DNA of 64,000 nucleotides from the human T2T-CHM13v2.0 reference genome, Homo sapiens: assembly GCF_009914755.1 (NCBI RefSeq), contig NC_060930.1; one strand, 5' to 3'. Under the pieces are notes generated by a model. The model did no database searches. It worked only from the letters and a program-made list of their open reading frames with translations, and was not told where the DNA came from. The position numbers and the translations under genes were made by a program. Below, in pieces: positions 13,491-30,819 of the stretch. Every line of letters begins with the position of its first letter. Position 1 is the first letter of the stretch.

Positions 13491-16400
13491 CCAACCCTCA
13501 AAGATGCCTCTGAGTTGGAATGAGATTTCAATGGTCAGAGCCAGAGAAAGCCAGGTAGAGTAGAGAGCACACAGATTTTCTTATTTTCTTTCAATTGCAT
13601 GAAAAAGAACAGCTGCTTCCCACATGGAAATCAGATATTTGGAATTTTTTATGTTATTGCTTTTCATAAGTCTACTGAGTTGTCACCCAAAAAGCCTCTG
13701 AGGTAAATGCCGTGGTTTTTCACTTCCTGTATGAATTGGGAATGAATGTTTGTAAAAAATAATTCCCTTAAAACAACAGAAATGCAGTTACAATTTTCTT
13801 ATCAAAGTAGTTGTTGAAGTACGAATTTTATAATTATAATTAAGTAGCAATATGAATACAGACCAGAAGGTAAGATTAAAAGTGGGAACAATTGTAGTAG
13901 TATAGAATTATAATTGTTTTCATTTCAAAATGTTTTATTATGCCATATTTTGTATTATACATTTAATTACCTTATTGCTTTGTTGATTTTATAGATCTAT
14001 AATTTATACATTAATGCATATATACTTCTATATACAGTTATGCATACAGCAAAACGTCTGAGTGGCTATATACCAAAATATGAAGAGTAGTTATGCCTTG
14101 GCGATTACGGATATTTTTCATTTAATCGTATTTTCAAAATTTTCAATGGTTATTTGTAATAGAAATTTATCAAAATTAACAGCTGTACTTGAAAATAATC
14201 AAAATAAGATATACTCCTGGCTTCTCTGATCTTATTTATAAATGGCAAAATATTGAGATCCCAACCAAACATTCACAGATGAAGTTTTATTTCTCAGAGT
14301 AAAGTGATTTAGGTTTTTTCCTTTGAGATGGGAAAAGAAGTCCAGTTAGGTGCTTGTTTGCAATTTATTGGTAAAGGCTACTAATTACGTATAGCCTTTG
14401 TTAAATACCCATTTATCCATTTATTCATGTTCAATAGAAATTAAAAGTGGCCTCCAGAAGTGGCATAAGTAAATTAATGAGAATGTTAAACAAGAAAATG
14501 GAATCAGTTAATTAAATGGTGGCCCATTTGGTATGATTTAAGTTCTTCTGATTGTTACTTCATTTCAAATCAGAAAATTTCTAACTTTCTTAAAAAATAA
14601 TTTAATAATAACTAAACATTAAATTATTTGACAAGCCAGTGTTACTCAATGGAGCCTGTTATTCTATTGAAAAGTAGGTTTGAATGGAATTTCACATTCT
14701 ATAACATTCTTGAATAATCTGAGCAAGTTTCACTGGTTCCTATCAAACTTGGTCTCACCTCCATCTATAGATTATTAAGTAATCCCAGCCAATCTTTTGA
14801 GCACCATCGGGTAATTTCTAGGTAGAGCCAATTAATGGAAAGTATACGACTATTGCGGTTCATGGATCCCAGGTGCATGTCTTGAAGCCGTCTGCAAAGA
14901 CTTTCCTCTTTTCAGGATAAAAGTGAACCTCACAGAGCTTAAGTTTATCTCAAATTTCAGATAGTGGTGACTACCTGAAAAACTTTAGCCTATCTAGTAC
15001 TTATGATAAATAAAACTACATCGCCTTTAGTAACTGCCATCTGGTATAAATGTTTGTGAAAATACACATAATAATTTTTTTAATGTTGGATTTTACTCAG
15101 AATGATTCCCCACATTACTTCTGCCTAGCAAGAAAACATCTAATTTAATGATTCATAAATTCTGTGGAAATTTGCTATTAAATATATCTGAGAAAATATC
15201 CTACAACCCTGAAAAGCCTTAGCAAGAAGATGCTACCAATGTTCTCTACACAGGCCCTGGGCATATTACAGCACTTTGAATACGGAAGCCAACGAGCATT
15301 GCATGAGATAACAAAACAGCAGGGACCATTATGTCCAAAGAAAGTTTATCCTCATAAATTTTAGTGAGAGTCATGGATGCTAATTAAAGCCAACTCTCAA
15401 AGCCAAGTGTAGTTGGCCTTCATCATCCACCTGATTCAGTACAGCTGTTTCCAAAGGGAAACTAGAGGCATGTAATTTGTTCTCATAGGATTTGGATTCT
15501 ACTTTATTTATTTGTGATAAATCTTTGGGTTTAGAGGTTACATAACCACATGTTTATAATGGTACTCATTAATTGACCACATAATTTATCTATTACTGAC
15601 CATGCAAATAATTTTTAGGGATTATTTCAATTAAAAATTTAAGAAATACCATTTAATGCTATAAAATATAAGCACTCCAAATGCCTTAAATTGGATCATG
15701 CAGGAAACCACGGAAATCACATTATTTTGCATTTCAGCTTTGGAAAAAAGCCACACTTTGAGAATGCTCAGGAAGAATTAGCAAAACTGATCCTGCCATA
15801 AAACAATACAACCCAAAGAGTTCTTTCCTGAGACTAAAATTATTTGGCTAGGAGGAGGGAAGGATGGTGAAGAATACAGTTTAGGAAGTGATCTAGCTGA
15901 GAAAGGTGAGAAAAACCCTGAAAAGAAAGCAAGTGCTTTTGCTAATTGAACCTAAGAATAGAGTGTTAGATAATGTGGGCTTACAAAAGGCTGTATCTTA
16001 CAAACAAATATTTTTGCTTCAGGATGATGTAAAGTTTGAATAATAACAGTAAGTTTCCACTATTATTAAAACTACTCTCTTTCCACAGTTGCAGTTGGAT
16101 TAGAGTCAAAAATTCCAGAGCAGCAGGCCCAAGGAAGAATAACAGTATGCAGAAATGAGGCATTTGGCTGCTTAAGAAATCAAGAGGGGGGCACACAAAC
16201 AGGTTTGAATACAAGTCCACATTCCAACAAACTCCTTTTCTTCACTATTTCACGATCTTCTATGGAGATTCAAAGACATAGGAGTTTTTACTTAGTGCCT
16301 GTAAAAAAAAAAAAAAAAAGGTAAAATAAGATAAAATTGAGAGTATTTTTTCTCAGAGCTTTAGCAAATTGCTTTTTACTTTCTAGACATTATCATCTGT

Positions 16401-17154
16401 GGAGGTTACGCACATATTACAGTGAATGCAATTTAATACCACTCAAAATGTTCTTGGTGACTCTTTTTTCAGAATCACATTCTGGATCTATTATAACCAT
16501 ACAGAGAAGACATTTTTTTCTTTTTCTCTTTTTCCATTTGCTATCTTTCTCTCTTTCTTTTCCCTTTCTATCTTATTTTGTCTCTCTTTCTTTGGCCATA
16601 GCGCTAAAGTATTCCTTTTTCTATCCTTTTGTTTAAATGAATTTTGGCTTTATGCAAAACTTAATCCCTTTCCTTTGACATGTGACTATTCATCTCCAAG
16701 GAGAATTAAAAAGAAACACAAAGAAATGTTTTTCAGATATAAATGGAAATTCCAGAAGTGTAGTGAAGGCATCATAATGGTAATCACTTATCTCCACCAA
16801 ACTGTGACAAAACTGAATGAGGTAGGTGTTTCAGTAGTGGAGATGTGTTTAGTAGTTGATTCAATTAGTTTATAGTCCAATTTAGCAAATCTAGACATTA
16901 GCGATATACAGATGTTTCTTTTGACTCACCGTCTGCACATGGAAGGTTCATTCACCACACCTGTGGGTGTGAAGGAAATCAGACTCGAGTAACCTTCATT
17001 TTTTGTGCTTATGAGAGTTTGTTTTTGATATAAAATATATTTAGAAAAAAACTAGAATGGGTAAAAATGGAATTCTGTAAAAAATAACCGGAAGATTATT
17101 GTTAGACGGCCAGTCAAGCCAAGTGGACAGTTATAATCAGTGGGAGTGTGGCAC

Positions 17155-17435
17155 TATGGCCATGCTCTGGACAGCTGGCTTTAGAGGAAGTGAAGTGCAG
17201 TTGGTTAACAGCATACTCCACAGGGATTCAGTGTCAGCCCTTTTTCTTACTAGATACATTGGAACAAGTTTTCAAAATTCTCTGTGCCTTAGTTTCTCCA
17301 TCTAAAAAATGACAATAATAATAAGACCTCATACATTCATTGTGAAGACCTTACAAGATAATACACATGAAACAGTAGTGTTGGGCGTTTATGTGCACTC
17401 CACACATATTACCTAGCATATCATTGCTATTATTT
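17155..17435 (+). mobile_element. MIR SINE
   Basis: ctctgtgccttagtttctccatctaaaaaatgacaataataataagacctcat. Confidence 0.7.
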
Positions 17436-17796
17436 ATAAATATTTGATTATGCTTTTTTTTAGTTCAAAGGCAAAGAGATGTAAGAAATAGTTCAAACGG
17501 AAAAGTGTGGAAAAGCCATGTGACAGGAAGAATATTTCTCTGGTGATTCAGTAAAATATACTTATTAAGGGTGATTCTTTTTTTTTTTTTTATTATACTT
17601 TAAGTTTTAGGGTACATGTGCACATTGTGCAGGTTAGTTACATATGTATACATGTGCCATGCTGGTGTGCTGCACCCACTAACTCGTCATCTAGCATTAG
17701 GTATATCTCCCAATGCTATCCCTCCCCCCTCCCCCCACCCCACCACAGTCCCCAGAGTGTGATATTCCCCTTCCTGTGTCCATGTGATCTCATTGT

Positions 17797-21651
<3,855 letters not shown>

Positions 21652-21687
21652 TTAGTTGATGCAGTTTCTTCCTAGTCTCGATGGTCT

Positions 21688-22704
21688 TTACATTTTGGCA
21701 CGATTTTGCAGCGGCTGGTACCGGTTGTTCCTTTCCATGTTTAGTGCTTCCTTCAGGAGCTCTTTTAGGGCAGGCCTGGTGGTGACAAAATCTCTCAGCA
21801 TTTGCTTGTCTGTAAAGTATTTTATTTCTCCTTCACTTATGAAGCTTAGCTTGGCTGGATATGAAATTCTGTGTTGAAAATTCTTTTCTTTAAGAATGTT
21901 GAATATTGGCCCCCACTCTCTTCTGGCTTGTAGGGTTTCTGCCGAGAGATCCGCTGTTAGTCTGATGGGCTTCCCTTTGAGGGTAACCCGACCTTTCTCT
22001 CTGGCTGCCCTTAACATTTTTTCCTTCATTTCAACTTTGGTGAATCTGACAATTATGTGTCTTGGAGTCGCTCTTCTCGAGGAGTATCTTTGTGGCGTTC
22101 TCTGTATTTCCTGAATCTGAACATTGGCCTGCCTTGCTAGATTGGAGAAGTTCTCCTGGATAATATCCTGCAGAGTGTTTTCCAACTTGGTTCCATTCTC
22201 CCCATCACTTTCAGGTACACCAATCAGACATAGATTTGGTCTTTTCACATAGTCCCATATTTCTTGGAGGCTTTGCTCATTTCTTTTTATTCTTTTTTCT
22301 CTAAACTTCCCTTCTCGCTTCATTTCATTCATTTCATCTTCCATTGCTGACACCCTTTCTTCCAGTTGATTGCATCAGCTCCTGAGGCTTCTGCATTCTT
22401 CACGTAGTTCTCGAGCCTTGGTTCTCAGCTCCATCAGCTCCTTTAAGCACTTCTCTGTATTGGTTATTCTAGTTATACATTCTTCTAAGTTTTTTTCAAA
22501 GTTTTCAACTTCTTTGCCTTTGGTTTGAATGTCCTCCCGTAGCTCAGAGTAATTTGATCGTCTGAAGCCTTCTTGTCTCAGCTCGTCAAAGTCATTCTCC
22601 ATCCAGCTTTGTTCCGTTGCTGGTGAGGAGCTGCGTTCCTTTGGAGGAGGAGAGGCGCTCTGATTTTTAGAGCTTCCAGTTTTTCTGTTCTGTTTTTTCC
22701 CCAT
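21688..22704 (-). pseudogene. ORF1: L1 ORF1p (RNA-binding chaperone), 338 codons with one CGA>TGA stop at codon 110 (22375-22377)
   Basis: MGKKQNRKTG...CRSLRS* then in-frame continuation to ...RYQPLQNRAKM; 1017 bp = 338 aa + stop. Confidence 0.97.
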
Positions 22705-23530
22705 CTTTGTGGTTTTATCTACTTTTGGTCTTTGATGATGGTGATGTACAGATGGGTTTTTGGTGTGGATGTCCTTTCTGTTTGTTAGTTTTCCTTCTAA
22801 CAGACAGGACCCTCAGCTGCAGGTCTGTTGGAATACCCTGCCGTGTGAGGTGTCAGTGTGCCCCTGCTAGGGGGTGCCTCCCAGTTAGGCTGCTCGGGGG
22901 TCAGGGGTCAGGGACCCACTTGAGGAGGCAGTCTGCCCGTTCTCAGATCTCCAGCTGCGTGCTGGGAGAACCACTGCTCCCTTCAAAGCTGTCAGACAGG
23001 GACATTTAAGTCTGCAGAGGTTACTGCTGTCTTTTTGTTTGTCTGTGCCCTGCCCCCAGAGGTGGAGCCTACAGAGGCAGGCAGGCCTCCTTGAGCTGTG
23101 GTGGGCTCCACCCAGTTTGAGCTTCCAGGCTGCTTTGTTTACCTAAGCTAGCCTGGGCAATGGCGGGTGCCCCTCCCCCAGCCTCGCTGCTGCCTTGCAG
23201 TTTGATCTCAGACTGCTGTGCTAGCAATCAGCGAGATTCCGTGGGCGTAGGACCCTCCGAGCCAGGTGTGGGATATAGTCTCGTGGTGCGCCGTTTTTTA
23301 AGCCGGTCTGAAAAGCGCAATATTTGGGTGGGAGTGACCCGATTTTCCAGGTGCGTCTGTCACCCCTTTCTTTGACTCGGAAAGGGAACTCCCTGACCCC
23401 TTGCACTTCCCAGGTGAGGCAATGCCTTGCCCTGCTTTGGCTCGCGCATGGTGCGGGCACCCACTGGCCTGTGCCCACTGTCTGGCACTTCCTAGTGAGA
23501 TGAACCCGGTACCTCAGATGGAAATGCAGA
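22705..23530. promoter_or_regulatory. L1 5'UTR with internal sense promoter and antisense promoter; YY1 site absent
   Basis: GC-rich L1 5'UTR, the most CpG-dense stretch in the window. It ends at ...cagatggaaatgcaga, so the consensus 5' AAGATGGCC YY1 motif is missing. Confidence 0.8.
23160..23375 (+). CDS. ORF0: L1 antisense ORF0, intact 71 aa
   Basis: MAGAPPPASLLPCSLISDCCASNQRDSVGVGPSEPGVGYSLVVRRFLSRSEKRNIWVGVTRFSRCVCHPFL; donors CAG|GTGTG at 23266 and CAG|GTGCG at 23351 (106 and 191 nt after the ATG). Confidence 0.85.
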   Translation: MAGAPPPASLLPCSLISDCCASNQRDSVGVGPSEPGVGYSLVVRRFLSRSEKRNIWVGVTRFSRCVCHPFL

Positions 23531-23889
23531 AAGGGTGATTCTCATTTTACCTTTTTTTGTTTGTTTGTTTGTTTCTCTATCAGTGCCTTCTAGATGAGAA
23601 CAAATATATTTTGAAAACAACTGAAACCGCGACGTAGAAAGCACATTTTCATGCTGAATAACAGAATATTTATGTATCTTATATTTAAATATCTGAAAAA
23701 GTTTATTATTTTTAAGTCTTTTCCTTGAAAAAATATGTTTCAAAAACATAGGATTTTTTACTTTTGATTTAGATGGTGTAGTATTTGTGGAATCCGAATG
23801 ATTTGATGATTCTGATACCTACAAGGTACAGATAGCTCCAAATGATGTCTAAAAGTAGAACTGTAATTCACATATACAACAGCAACTGC

Positions 23890-24115
23890 CACAGTAATAA
23901 TGATAGCTACTGTTAATTGAACATCTATAATGTGCTATATACAGTTCTCTGCACTTTACATGAAATATGTTATTTAATCTTCTCAGTAACGCTATGTGGT
24001 GGGTAGGTAACGTTGTGTTCTATAAGATAAGATAAGGGACCTTTGGCACAGAGAAACTCTGGAATTGGCCGAGATTACTTGGATGTAAGTGTCAGAGACT
24101 GGGTTTGAAACAGAG
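23890..24115 (-). mobile_element. MIR SINE
   Basis: gcactttacatgaaatatgttatttaatcttctcagtaac...ggcacagagaa...gactgggtttgaaacag. Confidence 0.65.
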
Positions 24116-24807
24116 TGCGTTCCCCAAAGAATGCATTTCCCAGTTCTCCCAAAATAGTTTTCTGTGCACTATGCATACATTTTCTCCTTAGTGCCGTATC
24201 TGTTCAAGTTAATTGAGGAAAATCAAACTATCTACTATTTAAAAAATAGGCTGATCATCTTTACTGCTAATGGGTTCAAATCACTTTGTTTATAATAGAT
24301 CTGCTTCAGAAAGCTACAGCAGAGGCATCCGTCATTATTACTGTGAAGACATTCATGCTTGGAGGTGAAGCAATTGTCTCATGAAGTAAGAATCCTGTTT
24401 GCATACTTCTTTATGGGCAACTTGTTTTATTGCACTTAGCAGATACTGAATTTTTGCAGACACAAGTTTTATGGTAACTATGACTGAGCAAGTCTATTGA
24501 CACTATTTTTCCAACAGCATGTGTTTACTTCCTGTCTTTGTGTCACACTTTGATAATTTACACGATTTTCAATTTATTATTATTATTGTATCTGTTACGG
24601 TGATCAGTGATCAATGACCTTTGATAATACTATTGTAATTGTTTCAGGGTGCCATGAACTGTGCCCGTATAAGACAGCAGATTTAATCAATAAATGTTGT
24701 TCATATTCTGTCTGCTTCAGTGACAGACCACTTCCCTGTCTCTCTCCCTCTTCTTGGGCCTCCCTATTCTCTAACTTTAACAATATTAAAATCAGACCAA
24801 TTAAGGA

Positions 24808-25109
24808 GGCTGGGACCCGTGGCTCACACCTGTAATCCCAGCACTTTGGGAGGCTGAGGCATGTGGATCATGAGGTCAGGAGATTGAGACCATTCTGGCC
24901 AACATGGTGAAACCCTGTCTCTACTAAAAATACAAAAAAATTAGTTGGGCATGGTGGCATGTACCTATAGTCTCAGTTACTCAGGAGGCTGAAGCAGGAG
25001 AATAGCTTGAACCCGGGAGGTGGAGTTTGCAGTGAGCAGAGATTGCGCTACTTCACTCCAGCCTGGCAACAGAGTGAGACTCCGTCTCAAAAACAAACAA
25101 ACAACAACA
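24808..25109 (+). mobile_element. Alu (AluSc-like) in Tigger1
   Basis: Dimeric Alu; TSD aaaat(c/t)agaccaattaa at 24788-24804 and 25110-25126. Confidence 0.92.
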
Positions 25110-26797
25110 AAAATTAGACCAATTAAAATCCCTACAGTGGCCTCTAAGTGTTCAAGTGAGAGGAAGAATCACACATCTCTCACTTTAAGTCAAAAGCTAG
25201 AAATGATTAAGCTTACTGTGAAAGGCATGTTGAAATTCAAGATAGGCTGAAATCTAGGCCTCTTGCCCCAACCAGTTAGCTAAGTTGTGAATGTAAAGGA
25301 AGAGTTTTTAAGAGAAATTAAAGTGCTACTCCTGTGAACACATGAATAAGTAAGCAAAACAGCATTATTGTTGATATGGAGAAAATTTTAGTGGTCGGGA
25401 TAGAAGATCAAACCAGCTACAACATTCCTTTAAACTAAAGCCTAGTCCAGAGCAAGAATCTAAATATCTTCAATTCTATGAAAGTTGAGAAAAGTGAGGA
25501 AGCTGCAGAAGAAAAGTTGGAAACTGACAGAGGTTGGTCCATAAGTCCTAAGATTTAAGGAATAAAACTGTCTGCGTAACATCAACGTGTAAGGTGAAGC
25601 AGCAAGTGCTGACGTAGACACTGCAGCAAATTGTCCAGAAAGACCTAGCTAAGATGTTTGATGAAGGTGGCTACAATACACAACAGATTTTCAATGTAGA
25701 TGAAAAAGCTTTCTATTGGAAGAAGATGCCATCTAGAACTTTCAGAGCTACAAAGGAGAAGTCACTGCCTGGCTTCAAAGTTTCAAAGGACAGACTTACT
25801 CTTTTATGAGGTGCTAAGGCAGCTCATGACTTTAAGTTGAAGCCAATGCTCATTTACCATTCTGAAAATCCTAGGGCCCTAAAGAATTACTCTAAATGTA
25901 CTCTGCCTGTGTGCTATAAATGGAACAATGATGCCTGGATGACAGTACATCTGCTTACAGCGTGTTTTACTTAATATTTTAAGCCCACTGTTGAGACCTA
26001 CTGCTCAGAAAAAAAGATTCCTTTCAAAATATTGCTGCTCACTGCCAAGACAGCTAGTGCCCCAAGAGCTCTGATGAAGATGTATGAGAAGATTAATGTT
26101 GTTTTCGTGCCTAATAACACCTCCATTCTGCAGCCCATGGATTAAGAAGTAATTTTATAAGGCTGTAGCTGCCATAGATATTAATTCCTCTAATGGATCT
26201 GGTCAAAGTAAATTGAACTTGAAAACCTTCTGGAAAGATGCCATTAAAAACATTTGTGATTCATGGGAGGAGGTCACAATATCAACATTAACAGGAGTTT
26301 GAAATAAGTTAATTCTAGCCCTCATGAATGGTGTTGAAGGGTTCAAGACTTTAGTGGAGGAAGTAAATGTGGATGTGGTAAAAACAGCAAGAGAACTGGA
26401 AGTAGATGTGGAGCCCGAAGATGTGACTGAATTGCTGCAATGTCATGATCAAACGCAAACGGATGAGGAGATTTTTTTTATAAATAAGGAAACAAAGTAG
26501 TTTTCTTGAGATGAAATCTACTCCTGATGAAGATGCTGTGAACATTGTTGAAATGACAATAAATGGCTTAGAATTTTACGTAAGTGTGGCTGATAAAGCA
26601 GTGGCAGGGTTTGAGAGGATTGACTCTAGTTTTGAAAAAAAATTCTGCTGTGGGTAAAATGTTATCAAAATGCATTGCATGCTATTGCATTCAGTAATCT
26701 TTATTGTTATCCTAAGAAAGTGCCACAGCAACCTCAACCTTCAGCAGCCAAAAAACAAACAAACAAAAAGATAAGGACTCTTTGCAGGCTCAGCTGA

Positions 26798-27183
<386 letters not shown>

Positions 27184-28501
27184 ACTATAGTGTAACTTTT
27201 ATATGCACTGGAAACCGAAAAATTTGTGTAGCTTTTTTTATTGCAATATTTGATTCATTGTGGTTGTCTGGAACTGAACCCACAATGTCTATGAGATATT
27301 CCTGTACACATTTCACATTAGTCTCAGCATAACTAGAATAGGGAAATTCCCTTACTTTGTGGTCTTTCTTGTCACTTCCCAGGGTTCTTTCCTAAATTGA
27401 AGAAAGGCCTCCAATTGTCAGCTTTGGAATTGCCATGGCTAATTGTCTAGGAGATTTTTTTTATTCAAGACAAATAAAACTGACATCCTAAAACAGAGCA
27501 TCATAACCTTTGTTGGCTCATTCCCCTGGAGATGATTAATGGAGACAGGACTGAATACCCTGACTGACTGTAAAAGCAAATTAGTGGGAAAATGGCCACT
27601 GGGCAGGGATACCAGTGAACTCTCCAGGGCAACCTGCTTTATGTCTTGCTATGAAAGGGTACTGATGCCCTTGCTTAAACAGATGATTTAGAAAATAACC
27701 TCATGGTGTTGTATCATGTCATAAATGAAATTTTGTAAAGTGCCTGCAGAAGGTTCTCTGTTTTGTCAGTGTCCTTTTAGTATATGATTTGGGGCTTCAA
27801 TATTCCATCTATGAGGAAAAACAAATGGCAGAGCAGCTGCATACAACTATTATATCTATTGAGACATAGACCTGTATTTCAGGACATGAGTGACAAGATG
27901 TAGAGGCTTATTGAAGAATGTTGTTAGATGCTAGGGGGCCACCATATGTATAGATAATCATTTGTATTGATACTACTCTGCTTTTAGCTAGAACAATTTG
28001 CAAAATATGAAATAGACACAAAATCATATAAATACATTTATACTGAATGCAGCCATTGGGTTTTAATGTAGAAGACTGATATATTTATTTTTTAAAATAT
28101 TGAGAAATTAATGAAATAAAATTAAACCTTCTCCTTATAGCTACAAAAGTCATATTTGAAAAGGAAAACACATTGTTGTAAATAATTTATTTGTTTGACA
28201 TTTTGTAAATTTGAATGTAGATAATTTTATTTAAGGCATGTTACCTTGGGTGATGTGAGATTTAAGCCTTAGTTTCCTCATCTGTACAGTTGAGATAATA
28301 ATTGTAAAGACTAACTGAGAGAATATAAGTAAAATATTTAGCAGAGTGTAAACATCTTAAATTTTGCCCAAATAATTGAACATTAGTATGGAGAATAATT
28401 AATTTAGATTAGCTCTATACATTATTAAGAACAAGCATTCCAAAGAGAAAAATAGGTTTGGGGAAAATCTAAAAACAATTGGAATAATATGCTCATCTCT
28501 A

Positions 28502-28939
<438 letters not shown>

Positions 28940-29100
28940 TCACCCAAACTATAGCAGGATAAACTCAATAGAATAGCATACATATTAAATGACAAAATCA
29001 GGGCCAAAACAAATTTTGACAGCCACTGTGTGCCCAATCTATTAAAATAGAATTTAAGTGAACAGGCTATAGATAGTAATTTTAGACAAACTTACTTGGA

Positions 29101-29114
29101 ATGACTCAGCATTT
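29101..29114 (+). promoter_or_regulatory. Candidate CNC-sMAF (NRF2/NFE2/BACH) antioxidant response element
   Basis: Exact ATGACTCAGCA followed by TTT, in apparently non-repeat DNA; motif match only. Confidence 0.4.
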
Positions 29115-29259
29115 AGGTGAAATGCTCAGCAGGAATCAACATGCTATCTTACATTTGAACTCAATCCTTGACATTATTTGTGGTAGAATGGATCAATCTG
29201 ATATATCAGCTAGAATGAGTTGGACAAAAAATACCAAAATAGTTTAAAAGAAAAAAAAT

Positions 29260-29725
29260 CTCACCTATCAATGTGTCCCAGAGTAGGATGGCTTTCAATC
29301 TGGTTAATTCTGTGGCTGAATACCATTAAGAACCAATGTTCACATTACACGTCCATAAAATGGAATACTACTCAGCAATTAAAAGGAACATCCTACTGTT
29401 TTAGGTAATAACATGGGTGAGCCTCAAACTTATTATACTAAATTTTAAAATCCCGACTCAAAGGCTGTATACTATATAACTCTATTTATATGACATCTGA
29501 AAAAGTCAAAACTATGACAGAAAAAATATCAGTGGTTACCAATGGTCAGGGTTGGGGAGAGATGATTGACTATGAAGAGGCATGGGGAACTTGTTGGGGT
29601 GATAAAACTATTCTATATCTTGATTGTGATATTGCTATATGACTATACACATTTGTCAAAACTCATAGATTTATGTATCTGTAGTTTTACTCTATTTAAA
29701 TTGTATCTCAATAACCTTAAAAACA
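29260..29725 (+). mobile_element. L1ME/MC-like 3'UTR
   Basis: atggaatactactcagcaattaaaaggaac...atcagtggttacc...tatatcttgattgtgat...acatttgtcaaaactcatag...tatctcaataa. Confidence 0.8.
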
Positions 29726-29739
29726 AATGAAAAAGAACT

Positions 29740-30165
29740 GATTTGTCATCATCTGTGTGTCTGTCTGTCATCTGCTCAATCCACCTCATGCTTACAAGAA
29801 GGCTGTCATATTTCCAGCCATCACAGGCAGATAAGATAGTGTCCCACAGAATCTGTTCCTTTATGTGTTCTCTTTTCACTTGTAAGAAAAACTTTTCAGA
29901 AGCCTGTCTCCCTACTCCCTCACAGCAGGCTTCTCACACATCTCATGGACTAGACCTGGGTCACATGGCTACTCCTTAATCAATTCTGACAAGGAAAACA
30001 AATCATCATAATTAACATGGACTCTGATTTAACCTTAAGTTCAGGATAGAGATATCTTCTCTCATGCTAGATACTTGAATACATTAGAAATTCAACTGGT
30101 AAGAATAAACCATGGTTGTAGTGAACACGAGTTATGGTGAACAACTAACAGTATCTGTTCAACTG
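29740..30165 (-). mobile_element. Old MLT1 (J/K-like) LTR fragment
   Basis: gcaggcttctcacacatctcatggactagacctgggtcacatggctactcct. Confidence 0.55.
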
Positions 30166-30179
30166 GCTAGCAACCTTGT

Positions 30180-30620
30180 TGTATTAGGCCATTCTTGCAA
30201 TGCTATAAAGAAATAACTGAGACTGAGTAATTTATAGAGAAAAGAGGTTTACCTGGCTCACGGCTCTGCAGGCTTTACAGGAAGCATGGTGCCAACATCT
30301 ACTTGGCTTGTGGAAGGCCTTGAGAAGTTTACAACCATGCCAGAAGGCAAAGGGGGAGCAGGCATGTTACATGGCAAAAGCATGAGCAAAACAGAGAGAG
30401 AGAGAGTGGGGGCAGGAGGGAAGGTGCCACACACTTTTCAAGGACCAGATATCCCATGAACTGAGAGTGAGAGGTCACTTATCACTAAGGGGATGGCCCG
30501 AGCCATTCATGAAGGATTCGCCCCGATGATCCAAACATCTCCCAGCAGGCCCCACCTCCAACATTGAGGATTACATTTCAATATGAAATTTGGGCTGGGA
30601 TAAACATCCAAACTACATAA
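30180..30620 (-). mobile_element. MST (MSTA-like) MaLR solo LTR
   Basis: tgtattaggccattcttgcaatgctataaagaaat...ccaaactacataa; perfect 5-bp TSD cttgt at 30175-30179 and 30621-30625. Confidence 0.92.
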
Positions 30621-30819
30621 CTTGTCATTTTATTCAACGGTAAACTTTGATACAGTCAACAAGAAGGACACAAGACCAAAAACAAACAAAACCAAACAAA
30701 AATCCAAGCTAATACTTTGCCTTACATATTTTGCTTACATACTCTAATACTTGCATCTCTGAATAGATGCATCTTTCTGTAATTAGAAAGATAATGTCTT
30801 GAAGAAATTTATTTGATAA

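Noticed and set aside
16337-16875. 99- and 149-aa Phe/Leu/Ser-rich ORFs
   Set aside because: Arise from a low-complexity pyrimidine tract; no recognisable domain.
25020-26545. Tigger1 transposase as a TIGD1-like gene
   Set aside because: Multiple stops and frameshifts; the 76-aa ORF starts inside an Alu.
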